A stretch of 64,000 nt of DNA from Cenococcum geophilum (Eukaryota), in the NCBI GenBank assembly GCA_050273025.1, contig CP158635.1:24490001-24554000 (forward strand). The letters run 5' to 3'. Under the pieces are notes generated by a model. That model did not search any database and was not told the DNA's origin. It saw only the letters and a list, made by a program, of their open reading frames with translations. Every line of letters begins with the position of its first letter. Within the stretch, counting starts at the first letter, position 1. Of this stretch, positions 25,525 to 39,001 are shown piece by piece. Position numbers and translations under genes: made by a program.

Positions 25525-26559
25525 CAGGAACAATAAAGGTTACTAAATTAAAGACGGGAATGCTATACCTCTAATAAACAACTTAGAGATAGGAAGTATC
25601 TTTAAGAACAAAAACAAAGAGGAGGGGGATAGTGTTATAGACCTTATAACGGCAGTAGTGTAACTACTAAGAAGGGATATAAATGGGTTAGTTAAGATAG
25701 TATAAGAAGCACTAGAACCAATTAAGCTATAGGATAAGGGGTAGCTATGTTATATAATTAGTTATATTATAAGTTCGGAATATAGGAATATAGGAACGTG
25801 GGAATGTAACATACTAATGTACTAACATACTAACGTACTAAACCTTTACTATAGGGAGGAGTTATATATTTAAGAACACACGGTCTCTATAGATAGTTTT
25901 TCTTCTTTATAGTAAATCTTAGAATATAATTAGAGTTAATCTATTAGGCAACTACTCTACTAGTTATATTTACATTATTTAACCATTCTATATCTATATA
26001 CCTAGCCCATTAACAAGTCTACCGTAACATCTCCTACAAGGCTTTATTACACCCTCTAGGATAATAAAGTAGCTTATATATTAAGTAAGCAGAGCCTTTT
26101 TAAAGCGGCGAGATAAGAGGGTCTAAACGAGGTAAAAATGCCGCCAAAAGCGGCAGCTAAAACCCCCCGAAAACAGATTAGTGTGTTTAACAGTTAGCAA
26201 ACAGCGAGCTTTAAGGCCTTATAGCTAGCTAACTTAGCTAAGTAGATCGCTTGCTGTCCGCTGCGTTAAAATTAAGTACGCTGACTATTACGCTGCCAGC
26301 TCGCTATCCGAATTAGGCAATTTATATAGAGTTTATAGTGTTTTATTGCGGATTTTTAGCAGCACCTCTTTATATATAAATATTAACATTACCCAATTAA
26401 AAATTGACTTTAATTTATCTAATAGTGTCCAAATATATCTAAAATTATCCTCTATAGATATTAAAGTTGGTAATAACGTTAGTGGTAAGGAAGGAAAGTA
26501 GTAGTAAGGGCTCTAAAGGCTCTATTTTAATATTAGATTTAATTAAATATAAAGCTTTA

Positions 26560-28920
26560 TTAAATATATCTTACTAAACTAGCTTATAGTTAGTAAGATT
26601 AATATTTAAGCTTATTAGCCAGGGTGTAGTTAAAGCTCCATTAGAGTTAATATAGTCGATTAAACTGCTTAATAAAAGGCCTTTAATTAACCACTACTTC
26701 TAACATTGATTTGCATTAATTATATTGGCCAATAGTTAATTACGCTTATTAGTAACGATCTTTTTAGCTTAATTAAAAGCTTATTTGTATATAGAGCTTA
26801 TTAGTAGTATAGAGAATATATTAAGAGCGATCTTAGTAAGTGTTGGATAAAGGATTTAACCGATTTTAAGCCACTAGTTAAGAGGATTAGGGATAATATT
26901 ATTCCGCTTATAGCTATTAAAACTAATCTTAATAAACTTAAAACCTATATTAAAGTAGCGATTAAGATTACTAGCGAGCTTAATATGCTTTTAATTGCGC
27001 TTTAAGGAAGTAAGGCTCTTATCTATAACTAAAGACTGTGTATATTTATTAGCTAAATCGTTATTAGATTTATAGGGGATCTTCCTATATTATAGCTTAA
27101 CTGGTTCCTTATCTTCCTTATCTACTTGCTTATTAATATATTTATTAAATAGAGTCTCTATATACCGCTCGGCGTATTTCTACTATTAGGGCTACCGTTT
27201 CTACTTATCGCGAAAGTAGGCGCGTTTAAGAGACGGATAAAGGATTACTGTGGTAAAATAGTAAGGGCTCTCGGCCTTTATTTTATTAAAATATTTATTA
27301 ATTTTTTAATGGCTATATTAGCGCTAGATTTAAGGAAAGAGTTGTATTTATTCTTAAGGCCCTACTAAATTTGCTAGAGGATTTAATGGAGGAGCTCTAT
27401 ATTAGTAATTAACTCCTATAGAGCGCTATATAAGCCTTTAATACCAGAACTATTGGCGTCGCCTTTTATACGCTTAGTAGCTAATATAAAAGGCTTTAGG
27501 ATCTTAATAAGCTACTCTATCTACTGCTAATCTTTATTAGTAAGCGCGTCCTAAAATAGGTTATAGCTATTATTAGTGGGCTTCCTTTAAGCTAGTAAAT
27601 ATTTGTTAATTGCCTTATAAGGAAGCAATATATGGCGGAATATAAAGTAGGTTAAATTCTACTAAATACCTCCGTCCTTAATGGGCGGAAGCTTTACTTA
27701 ATTAAAAAGATCGTTCTTAATGTATACTTTAGCCTAATTCTTAGTAAAGTTCTTCCGGCGTCCTGTTAATCGCATAATATATTTAATAATATTATAAATC
27801 TTACCTATAAAGCCTTTCTCCCGCATAAGGTTAAATTTGGCTTAATCGCTTATATTAATAAATAAGTATTTAAGCTTACTTACGCCTTTGCCATATAGTA
27901 AAGCTTTAATAATAAGGTTAACAATATAGCCAACGCACTAAAGCCGTTTCTTTTTAGGCACTGAGAGGCTTTATAAAAGGTGACTATAGAGCGTATTATT
28001 ATTACTAGCGTTATTAGTTATTAAGAAGCCGAGCTTATAATTAATTTAATACTTTTAAATTACCATTACTAAAGCCGTTGCTATATTCTTAGTAGAGTAT
28101 AATCCTCATAGTTGTAAAAGGTCTAAAAACACCAATTAAAGCCTGCCATCTTTGTTAATAAACTAAGTTATTATACTTAGTAGCGACATTCCATTTATAG
28201 ATGTCCAGATATTATAGCTAAGGTTAATTTTACTAAGTGCGGTAAGAAGGATATCTTTAATACTACGCGTTGCCGTTTAAATGCGGCCTTAATTTAATTG
28301 CTTAAGGATGTAAGCGCCTTTAAGAGACACTCCTAAATTTAAGGATAGTTAAATGTTAGTAGAGCGCGTGTATAAGGGCTTATAGCTTAATAGAAGGTAA
28401 TATTCTATAGAATTGTCTAATTAATATAGGCTTAAATATAGCCAGCTGCCTAAAACGGCTAGCATTTAAGGCTAGTAGCTAATGTAGAAGCTTAATTAGC
28501 TAGCAGTTATATACTACTACTATAGCTTTTTAAGTTAATAATAAGGCTATACTTTAATTTTAAATGGCCGCTAATATAGTTGTTGCTATTTATTATAAGT
28601 AGAGCACCTAGTCTTTAAGCTAGATAGTAAAGCTTATATAGCTAAAGCCTCCTTTTACCTAAAGGACCGTCCTAAAAAATGTCTACTTTATGCTTCTATA
28701 TTAGTAATATAGAGGCATTACTTAATAGTAACCGCTTATTAATAACTTAGTATCTATATTTACTAGTAAGCTTGCCGTATAATATTAAGTAAAAATTATT
28801 CTAATTAATAGGAAAGATATAGCTGTAGTTCTAATTAGCTAAAGAAGGCTCTTGTAATATAGAATTATCTTAATCGCCTAATTTGGTATTATTTTTATTT
28901 AGAAAAGGGGGGGAAGTAGT
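26560..28920 (-). pseudogene. hAT transposase pseudogene (main part)
   Basis: De-RIPed NLSCDIWTS near 28215, TDNASNND near 28010, RLRCVGHIVNL near 27935 and a C-terminal dimerisation-type motif FSQAKKIVTDERNRL near 26760. Ends approximate. Confidence 0.88.
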
Positions 28921-28925
28921 TAATC

Positions 28926-31900
28926 TGTAACCGACTACCAGACCCTATATATTGCCCTATTTTACAAGCGTTAGTACTACCCTTATATATCTCGGAGTTA
29001 GGGGTCTACTTTTATATATTTATACCACTTAATTTCCATAAATTTATAATTAAGTTGCTTATTTAATTCCTATACACTACAAAGCTTATAGTTATAAGCC
29101 CGGCCTACCTACCGTACTATGTCTAATCTATACATTCAGCGCTTACTAAGCAATTAATCTGCTACCTCGTTTAAGAAGTCACTACTTCTTCTACCTTTAT
29201 AAGTGTTTAGAGCTTCTTCTAGGTACCGCTCTTATACTTATAATTACCTTCATTTACTAAACGGACGGATAATTGAACATTAATTAAATTAAACATTAAT
29301 TATATTAAACATTAATTGTATTAAATATTAATTGAACCGAATTAAACCTGTCGGGAATGAGGCAAGTTGCCATCACGTGTCGCCGCGGCACTAGCGTGGC
29401 GAGGAGCCTTACGTTCCTCGCCCTTCCTCATTCCAATTAATAAGCTTTATTAACCAACATCACTGTAACCTACTCGAGTAGTCGTTATTAGTAAGTCACC
29501 CTATATAACTAATACTGATTAGTGGTTAAATATACAGTCAACTATAGAGCAGCTAGGTTTTCGAATAGAAGAGATAGTCTTATATAGGGGTGCTATATAC
29601 GCTTATATGGAATAGATCCCGGCGATACTATACTACCTTAAACTTGCGGAAAACTAGTAATAGAAGTGTCACTAAGTACTAGGAGATACTAAGTTACGTC
29701 TATTACGTAGAATAACCGTATTTACGAAGATTTGGTTAAGTACTTTAGGTTAGAAGTATTATTAAACCTAGGGTCCTAAGTTAACGTCCAAAACGCGTTA
29801 AATAATATCTTAAATTGCCTACCTCTTAATAGTAAACCTATAAGATCCTATAAAACCGAAAATCCTACTTACCTTTAACGTACGACACCCCGTTAATTCT
29901 ATATCTACTATGGCGTTAACCTACCTAAAGAAGTATAAGGAAGATATTAACCTAAAGATATAGAATAAAGCCATAATTAACCTTATAAACGCTAATGAAC
30001 AAGACTTAAATGGATTTTTATTACACTGTATGGTATATTATAAGGATAGTAAATATAATAATACCGCGCTATAGGAATGTATAAAGGAGGACTTTATTAG
30101 ATAGATAAAGGAAATATAGGCCCCCGTAAATAAGGATATCGTATAGGACTTCCGTAACTTCCTTTGGAAGAATAGAGTATTTGTCCCTAAGGACGGGGGT
30201 ACTATTAGAAATAATATTTAGGAGCAGGTTATTAACGTAAAAGAAGAGTACAAATGGACTCTATAAGAGATTAAGTACCAACTACGCACTATAAGGAAAC
30301 TTAACTTACGATGGAACCTAAGTAATATACCTCTAGAGACGAACCTACCTCCGCCTTTAACTCCTCTGTATCTAATTTAACCTATAACCTTAATGTCGGA
30401 TACTATACCCTAATAAGAGCAGGCATAGGATCCTATTACTTCGCGATTTAATGACCTTTAGACTCTACCAACCAGACCTACGTCCCCACTGCAGCCTGCA
30501 ATGTAACCCCTACCTCCTCTATCTTAATCTTAAATCGGAGGCAGTTTAAAATTGCTTACAGAGCTTACGAAGCTCTATTTAGATTAGGAGAAGAAGTTTA
30601 GTAGGGAATTATATAATGTTCTTAATTTAAAACTACGTATCTTCTATAACTATTGCTAAAAGGTAGGAATAGAGTCTGATTAATACTATAACGCCTATTT
30701 CGTTATGCTTAAGGGCCGAGCTAGTACCTTCTATTATAATCGTTTGGCAGGAAAAGGATATAATTTTAACCGCATAATATATAAGTTAAGATACCACTTT
30801 AAAATAGAAGAGAATAAGTAGCAGTATATATTAGAATGGAGAGAGACTACCTTTCTAAGGATTATTGCTATAAACCCAGGTGTCCCTCGGCTTAATTATC
30901 TTTAAAAGCTCTTTAATTAACTTTAGATGATTTAGTGTAGTTTATCCGAATTATATTAAGAGGACTTTAGCCTATATAATTAAGTTATTAGCGTATACTA
31001 AGATGTTAAAGAATATAACCTTACTCTCTTTAATCCTGTAAATACTTATAAAGAAGTATATACTTAATTAAGATCTTTTATTAGCACCGCTCTACGCTCT
31101 TAAAAAGTATAGTAATTTAACGCCTAACTCTAACCTACTTTAATTGACCCGCCTGACTAATATAATTATAACTAGACTAATCAAATATATAGTGGCTAGG
31201 GTAGGTAATACGGCAGAGGGTATAATTAACGACTATAAGGTAAAGGTGGAGGTCCTTATAGAGGTTTATTTTGAAGTAATCGCTAAAAGAAGTGCTACGT
31301 TTATAAGAAACTAAATTGCTAGTTAACTAGGCATTCTCTTAATAAGCGAAAGGAGGTATATAATAAGTTTCGCCAGAGTATAAGAAACGTTAGAAATTAT
31401 AAGGTTACTATAGCCTACTTCTAAAGCTTCCTGGTTTAATATAAAGGCGTAGAAGATCTTAAGGGTAAGGTTAATAAGGCCGAATAGCTCCTTATAGATA
31501 TGGAAATTAAGGAGTACTTACCCAACCAATACTTTACTAAGTATGGTGAGGTAGATAGTATATAAACCGTTACTATTCTTAATAACTAATCTACGCTCTA
31601 TTTTACTATAAAGTTAAATATCTTTAATAAGCTAAAGGAGAGTTCCGCGTTCTCCTTTAATAATAGATACTTAGCGAACGTCTTCTATAGTATTATACTA
31701 GATACTAGAGCCGCAGGAGTATCTATAGTAGGAGAACCTTAAGTTTAAGCCCTTTAGCAGCTTAATAGCTCTGTTTAGATTAACTATTTAACGGCAGGCT
31801 AATACACGATTTGTTTTAGCAAGGGTACTGCGATCTTTCTTGGCACAATTAGGGTCCAAACCCCCTTAGGGTACATTACCTTTTACGTTATTTCTATAAA

Positions 31901-34900
31901 CACCCCGTTTCTATTTTATATTAGAGATATAGATAAATTAGGCGTTAAGCTTAATAACCTTAAGGATATACTTATTTAGGGAGATAATCGGGTGCCCGTT
32001 GTGCGCAAATAGGGTTACCCTTAGTTGCTCCTTTATTAACTAGAAAAGAGTGTTACTTAAAGCCACCTAACTAAGTTAGAGTTACGTCAACTATACCGTC
32101 GTTTTAGCCACCTATCCGTTTATTAATTACTTAGGGTTCTTTAGCGAGTAGGCTATAAAGTTAAGGTTAAGGCAATTAAGTATCTTATAAAGTACTGCTA
32201 TTACTACTAAATAAACTAGAAGTCCCCTGGCCGATTTAAGTTTACCCTTAAAGATAACTATAACTTTAACTTCTATATTATCGTTAACGTTATATATCTT
32301 AGCGGCAAGCCAGTACTCTAAGTTATTGACTTCTTAACCTCTTTTTAAGCCGCACGATTCTTAAAGGATATATTAGCTAAGAACGCATAGGATACCCCTT
32401 AATTATGCTAGATTAATATCTACCTAGGACCCCCTAATTAAATCGTCTATAATATAGGAAAGAACTTCTTATCTATAGAGTTTTAATAATAGATAAAGGC
32501 AATGGCAATCGAGGTTAAGGAAGTCCCTATTAAGGCATATAATAGTATTAGAAAAGTAGAGCAATATTACACGCCATTACGCCGCGTATATAAGATTATC
32601 TCTTTAGAACTAGAGGACGCTAGCGAAGAACTTACCTTATAAATAGCTATTAAAGCCATTAACGATTCCGCTAGCCCGGATGGACTTATACCTATATTAC
32701 TAGTTTTTAGCGCCTACCCTTAAATAACTAACGATTCTCTACTATCTCCCTCCGTTGTGTAATAAGCTAAGGCTATTCGTAAGGCAACGAAGGAGGTATG
32801 ACGTTTCTACGCTATACGCTAGGTTAACGACGTACTAGAAATAAGAAATGGCCTAAATACCTTAACTACGCTTAATCTACTACTCCAGTCTAAGATACGC
32901 GTATGGCGTAAAAAGGGAGGATGGTTAGGCCTATATTAACTTATTATAATTAATGGTTAGACTTATACTATTTAGATATCTTATAGACCCACTTAATTCC
33001 GTTTAACTGTTATTAAGCCTTACTATAAGGATAGCAGCTCTAAGCCTTTGTAGGATGCCATAGAAAATGCCCTAGAGGAGAGCCACGATTTTAATATAAT
33101 TATAGTAGATACGCCGTAACTATAACGAGGTAGAGGTCGCTTAAAGGGATTACGAAATCGCTAACATCTTATTAATTTTGAAGAGCAATTTATTGCCACT
33201 ATTAAAAATAGAGTTAAGCTGTTAATGGCCTTTATAATAGCCAAGGAGAAGGCTAACTTTAAACTCGTAAAATAGCTCTAAAAGGAAGGTCGTATTATAA
33301 CTCTAGGAGCTCCTTTTTAAGCATCTAATAAGTAGGAGATCGATAGCCTTATTACAAGAGGAGTCTTTAAATTTAAGAAGTATAACCCTACTAAGTTTAA
33401 TAAAGTTCGCATCTTTAAGTTAAGGATAGTTAATGAGATTAAGGGCAAAGCTACTAACGCCCTATTTAAGAAATTAAGGCTTATTATCTAAGGTTACAAC
33501 AATAATAGCAAAGAGATAATTCTTATATAATCTCCTACGATTTAACGAGCTAGTTAGCGAGTTATTATTACATTAGCTCCCTCCTTAATAAAGAATAGAA
33601 TGGCGGTTTATTTATAAGATATTACTTAAGCCTACACCTAATTAGAGACGCACCTTTAGCGCTTAATATTAGCATACCTTCTGGAGTAAATTCGCCACCA
33701 GTATTCTAAAGATACGATCATGGTTGTGCTTAAGCCATTATATAGAATCGCAAAGGCAGGAACTTACTAGTGGGCTACCTATAGCAAGCACCATAAAGAG
33801 AAGCTTTTAATAACTACTTCTACATTTAATCTCTGCTTCCTTATCACAACCACGGGAACCCTATTTAGAATCGTCGGTATGTAAACTAATAACACAATTA
33901 TCTTAGGAGACGACCAATTCTTAGCTCTCGAAGAGGATAAGCTAGTAAAGGCAAATCTCATAGCAAAGCCGAAGGAAAAGCTTAATTTAACAACACCATT
34001 ACTTTTTAATGGATGCATCCTCTCCCTAAATAAGGATTCTATTGCTTTGCGCCAGAAGGGTCAAGATTAACTCGAACTTTCTATTATCCCTATAATCGTG
34101 TGCACCGACTTATATTCCCTCTACGAGTGTTTAGTTAAGCTTGGTACCACGAAGGAGAAGCGCCTCATAATCGATATTATGGCACTTCGGCAATCCTACA
34201 AGCGTTAAAAACTCTTTAAGATTTAATGGATTAATGGCCAAGATAACCTGGTAGATATAATAATAAAGGCGAACCCAAATAAGGCACTAGAGACGTTTGT
34301 TAATATAAATACTCTATGTATATAAGTTAAAGGTTGGGTTAAAAGGGAGTCCTTAGAAATTTCTTAGTTATATAAGGTCTTAAGATGTCCAAGAACTTTA
34401 ACCGGCGGTTGAAGTTGTTTAATTAATTAGATTCTCTTACTAAGACTTTTTAAAAGGGGGGATTCTGCAGACCCTGACTTAACCTAGCTAATTAGGATTT
34501 TCTATCCCCGGGATAGAAAATCGCTATTAGCTCGCTTACTACTAGCGTCTTAGCGGCCCTTTAAATAAGATACTTACCCGCAACTCCTAAGCAAGAGAGC
34601 TACGTGCTAAGAGGCAAATTTTAGGACAGCGAGACTTATATTACAATAGCAATAGTAAGTAAGGAGGATTTATATTTAATACGATAGTTAAGCAGTATTT
34701 ATCTATAGATGGCAACCATAAAAGAAGAGTTGCTAGTGTTAGGAATGAGGTAAGTTGCCGTCACGTACGGCAAACTGCCGTCACGTGATGGCAAGTTGCC
34801 ATTACGTGTCGCCGCGGCACTAGCGTGGCAAGGAGCCTTACGTTCCTTACCCTTCCTTATTCTAATTAATAAGCTTTATTAACCAATATCACTGTAACCT

Positions 34901-36614
34901 ACTTAAGTAGTCGTTATTAGTAAGTCACCCTATGTGACCAACAGAACCTAACTGTATAAACCCAACCGTACGAACCCTAACCTCCTTTAACCTAGATATA
35001 TAATTAATTATCAAAATCGACCTACCTACTATAGTGTAATGACCTTATATGGCGTCCAAGTGAGAGCCTAGCTAACGCGATAGCCCGAGCATAGAGCTAG
35101 AGTGAGATGCTAAAGCACAGAGCTAGAGCGAGATACTAGAGCACGGAGCTAGAGTAGAAGCTAGCTTAGATATACTAATAGTAAGAGATAAGGATACTAG
35201 GTAGATATAAGGAAGGCACTAAACAACTATTTAAACGACTAGCTAGTAAATATTAGATTAAACCAAACCAGAGCCTTAATATAGGCCTATCGCTAAATTA
35301 AATTAAGGCTTCTTAGGGAGGCACTAATACTACACCAAACGGATGGATAATAGAACATTAAATATATCGAATATCAATTAAACCGAACCGCGATCTACCG
35401 TATAACCCCTAACCGTATAACCGACTAATAGACAAACTAACGAATTAAATCAAAAGTTCGGAACATTAAAATAAGGTTTCGCTAAGAAGCTAACTAGACC
35501 CTTCCTAACCCTTTTAAATTAATAGCGAACGACTTCCTACGACCAGTTATAATAGACGACTCCTATAGTACTATAAGCTTATAGAATAGGTCAGAACACG
35601 AGGCTAATACTAGATGGACGATTACTAAAACGGTATGGAATAATCTAAATAGTACTACACTTAGCTAGATACTAGATAAACAGTCACTAAATAACATTTA
35701 ATTAAGAGACAACCATTACCAGAGCCGTACGACGACCGTTTAAACACCAGAACAATTTAATTAATCGATTAATTAAATTAGGCTAAAGCTAATATTAACG
35801 CAGGAACAATTAATTTTAATTCTAAAGCACTAGTTGCGACAACTATAACGTCACTAGAGTTACTAAGTAACTACTTCCAGATCTACCTTGATTATAGCTT
35901 ATATAGCTATAGCTTAAATAACTACCTTAAATATAGATTAAACATCTACCTTAACTATAGATCAAAAAAGATCAAAAAAGATCTACCACGAGCATGGATT
36001 AATTGACTGCCTTAAATACAGATTAAAATACCATACCTGGATTAAACGATTTAGTAGAGCCTCCTATAAAGGATGCTAAATATCTACCTTAACTATAGAT
36101 TAAAAAGATCTACCATAAGCATAGATTAATTAACTGCCTTAAATGCAGATTAAATTACTATACCACAAGGACTTTAAGACGATATCTTAGATACAATTAA
36201 AGCAATTCCTAACTAGCCTATATCAGCACTAGTTACAACAACCGCAACGTTACTAAGTATAACGTCTATAACGTCACCAGAGCATTAATATCGGCCCATT
36301 AGCGAATCAAATTAAGCTTTACCACTCCTAATTTATATCTAAATTTCCTATTTTAGTACAATTTTCTACCTTTATTTTGCTTTCTACAGCTTTAACTACA
36401 CCGTTAAATCTGGGGGGGTGTGTAACCGACTACCGGACCCTATATATTGCCCTGTTTCACTAGCGTCAGCACTACCCTCGTATATCTTGGATATAATTAA
36501 AATAAGTCATAGGTCTTAGAGTTAGGGGTCTACTTTTATATATTTATACCACTTGATTTCCATAGATTTATAATTAAGTTGCTTATTTAATTCCTATACA
36601 CTACAAAGCTTACA
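28926..36614 (+). mobile_element. Non-autonomous Copia-type LTR element (about 2.1 kb without its nested Copia), internally repetitive, no intact pol
   Basis: LTRs 28926-29090 and 36421-36614 (the 5' copy lacks 29 bp). TSD taatc. PBS-like gttataagccc (GTTATGAGCCC type). PPT tgggggggtg. Confidence 0.88.
29349..34943 (+). mobile_element. Ty1/Copia copy 2 (same family as 8968-15036) with about 0.5-kb deletion in RT/RNaseH near 34065
   Basis: LTRs 29349-29514 and 34737-34943. TSD aaacc/gaacc. Colinear with copy 1, but sequence equivalent to about 13800-14290 is missing. Confidence 0.95.
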
Positions 36615-37104
36615 TAATCTATAAAACCTACGCAGTACTAAAGGACGCGTAGATAAGGTTAATAAGGAAGAAGCTCTACTACCTTATTAGGGCGTAAAAT
36701 GTAATATACTTCGCATTTTATATAGGTAATAAAAGGCACGTTTTAATATCGGGGAATAGGTTTATACGCATAGTAGAGATATTAGGAAAAATGCTTATTT
36801 ACTATAGCTAAGTAAGAGATTCTTAAGGGTTTTTTATTGCTTAGCTAACCGGATCTTAGCCGAAGATCTAAATTCTACTAAAAGCTTTAAAATACTACTA
36901 AATCTTCCTTTTTTTACCACCAAGGCAGCGAGCTGTTAGCTTGCTATAGTTTTATTACTAACTAACTGTTAACTAACTATAACTACCCTATACGCTAACT
37001 AACTACTCGCTAACTACTTATATTATCAGCTTCTTGACAGCTACGCTACTAGCGTCACTAGCTATTAAACGTACTAAAACGGATGTATTTCTATCGCAAT
37101 ATAT

Positions 37105-39001
37105 ATATTAGGAGATATCTTAATTAATCTCCCTTTAATAGTTATCTAAAAAAGCCCTATTTTAAGATTAATAATGCCTTCCCCATAGGCTATTAGATTT
37201 TCTAAAATTATAACTAATAAATAAGGATACCCCTTTAATCTATATAGTAGCTCTATTTATTTAACCGCTACTAGTAAAATATAGTTTCTTATTACTCCAC
37301 TATTTATTAGCGCTTTAAACTTCTAACCTTGCTAATTAACTTATAAATTTAGGTAATATCCTTAAATTCCTTTAAGGGTTTAAAGCTCTACTACTAACTC
37401 CATTTAGTTTTATAGGCCTCCCCTTTCTCTAACTATTAGCTACTAGATTTTATTTATACTTAGCTCTTCTTAAGCTAATACTTAGTTTATTTCTTTTCTT
37501 TAATATACTATAGATATATATTCTTTAGATATTTTCACTACTATTATCTATTTAGGTATTCTTCCGTAAGGAATCTTCCTAGTTAAAGTATTAAGTTATT
37601 TAACTTTTATACTTTTACTAAATACCAGCTATATATACTTAGTATTTCTATACTATTGCTTATTTAGCGCCCAATATATCCTTATAAGATATTTCTTATT
37701 CTTCGCCTTTAGTGCTTAGTATATACTATATTAATTATCTATATACAATCTATAATAATATATAATGCGCTAAGTGTCTTACGTTAACTCTTAGCTTATC
37801 TTTATTTTTAAATCTAAATCTCTATTTAACTAATCTAGCTATTAGCCTATTTTTAGTAGGTACTAATATTTATTATTTACTTCTCTAGTCCTCTAATTAT
37901 TTTTCTAAGTCTCTTTATATTATAATTAAGGTTCCTTAGATATAACTTATTTGTCTAGCTATATATAAAAGTCTTCCTACTTATTATTTTATTATTATCT
38001 ATACCACTTTTAATATAGCTTTATAAGTATATATAATCTATCTATAAGAAAGCATCTCTTTATTACTATATTATTATAACCTTTTATATACCGTTTATTA
38101 AACCTAATAGAGATTTTAAAATACTCTTCTTTTTTAATTTTTTATAACCACTTTACCCTTGGTATACCCGTCTTTAATCTATAAGTAATTCTTCTTATAA
38201 ATACTCTATTCCTTAATTAATTTTGTATTCTTAGCTTATAGTTTTAATTCTACTTTTACTACGCGTAGATTTATTCTTTAAATTCTTTTTGGCTTTTTTC
38301 TAGTCTATATCTAGCTAATAAATCCTTAAAGTTTTCTTACTTCTTAATTATAGTATTAACTTTTTAACTTTTAAGTTAAACGCTTTGTTCTTTTTTTTGG
38401 ATATCCTTTATATAAAGCCTTAAGTTTTTTTATTACTTTAGCTTAAATTCTTAGCTTTCTAAAAATCTTCGTCCCGTGCTTATATATTTATTATTAAACT
38501 AAGCTACTACCCTTTTTTTATTAGTTTTCGTCTATTATAGGTCCTTAAGCTTCTTTTATCTTATCTTAAGAATCTTAAGTCTTTAGCCTTTTACCTTTAT
38601 TAAGTACTAAAGTAGCTCTATATCTTACTTCTCTTACATTTTATAAAGTAATAGATATTATATCTAATAGAGTCTTAATCCCTATTACTATTTTAGTCTC
38701 TATAGCCGTTTTAGCCTCTACCTCTATTAATACGTCATTAAGGTCTATATATTCCTAGTAAATCGCTTTTATTATCTTATTACTACTACTAATAGTCTAA
38801 TTATCTTAATCCTTAGATATTATTACTCTTTAGTAAAACTAATATACGAGAACTTACTTAGCTAATTTTTAGCTAAACATATCCTCTAGATCTTTATCTA
38901 GTTTATAAAGTTAATCTTACTCTTTATTTAACTCTACTATAGCATAAAGTCCTCTTAAATTAGGCTCCTATAGCTAATAGCTTACGCTATACTTAGCGTC
39001 C
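37105..39001 (-). mobile_element. Fragment of Gypsy family A (gag C-terminal extension to protease), minus strand
   Basis: Reverse complement aligns by eye to about 16060-18190. Broken in the protease region on the left and by an LTR at 39002 on the right. Confidence 0.85.

Larger units (their letters stand above)
8338..26051 (+). mobile_element. Full-length Gypsy chromovirus family A, copy 2, hosting four nested insertions
   Basis: 419-bp LTRs at 8338-8756 and 25633-26051. 5-bp TSD ccctc (8333-8337, 26052-26056). gag from ATG near 8795, protease IDSGA near 17990, then RT, RNaseH, IN, chromodomain to about 24900 and PPT gaggagggggatag. Confidence 0.95.
26179..37076 (-). mobile_element. hAT DNA transposon (RIP-inactivated), interrupted by LTR elements
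   Basis: TIRs tagtgtgtttaacag / ctattaaacgtacta. 8-bp TSD aaacagat (26171-26178) / aaacggat (37077-37084). Transposase motifs on the minus strand. Confidence 0.92.

Noticed and set aside
7631..37100. Short inverted match (actgcgataga at 7631 vs tctatcgcaat at 37090-37100) as possible TIRs
   Set aside because: Only about 10 bp with no flanking TSD; compatible with chance.
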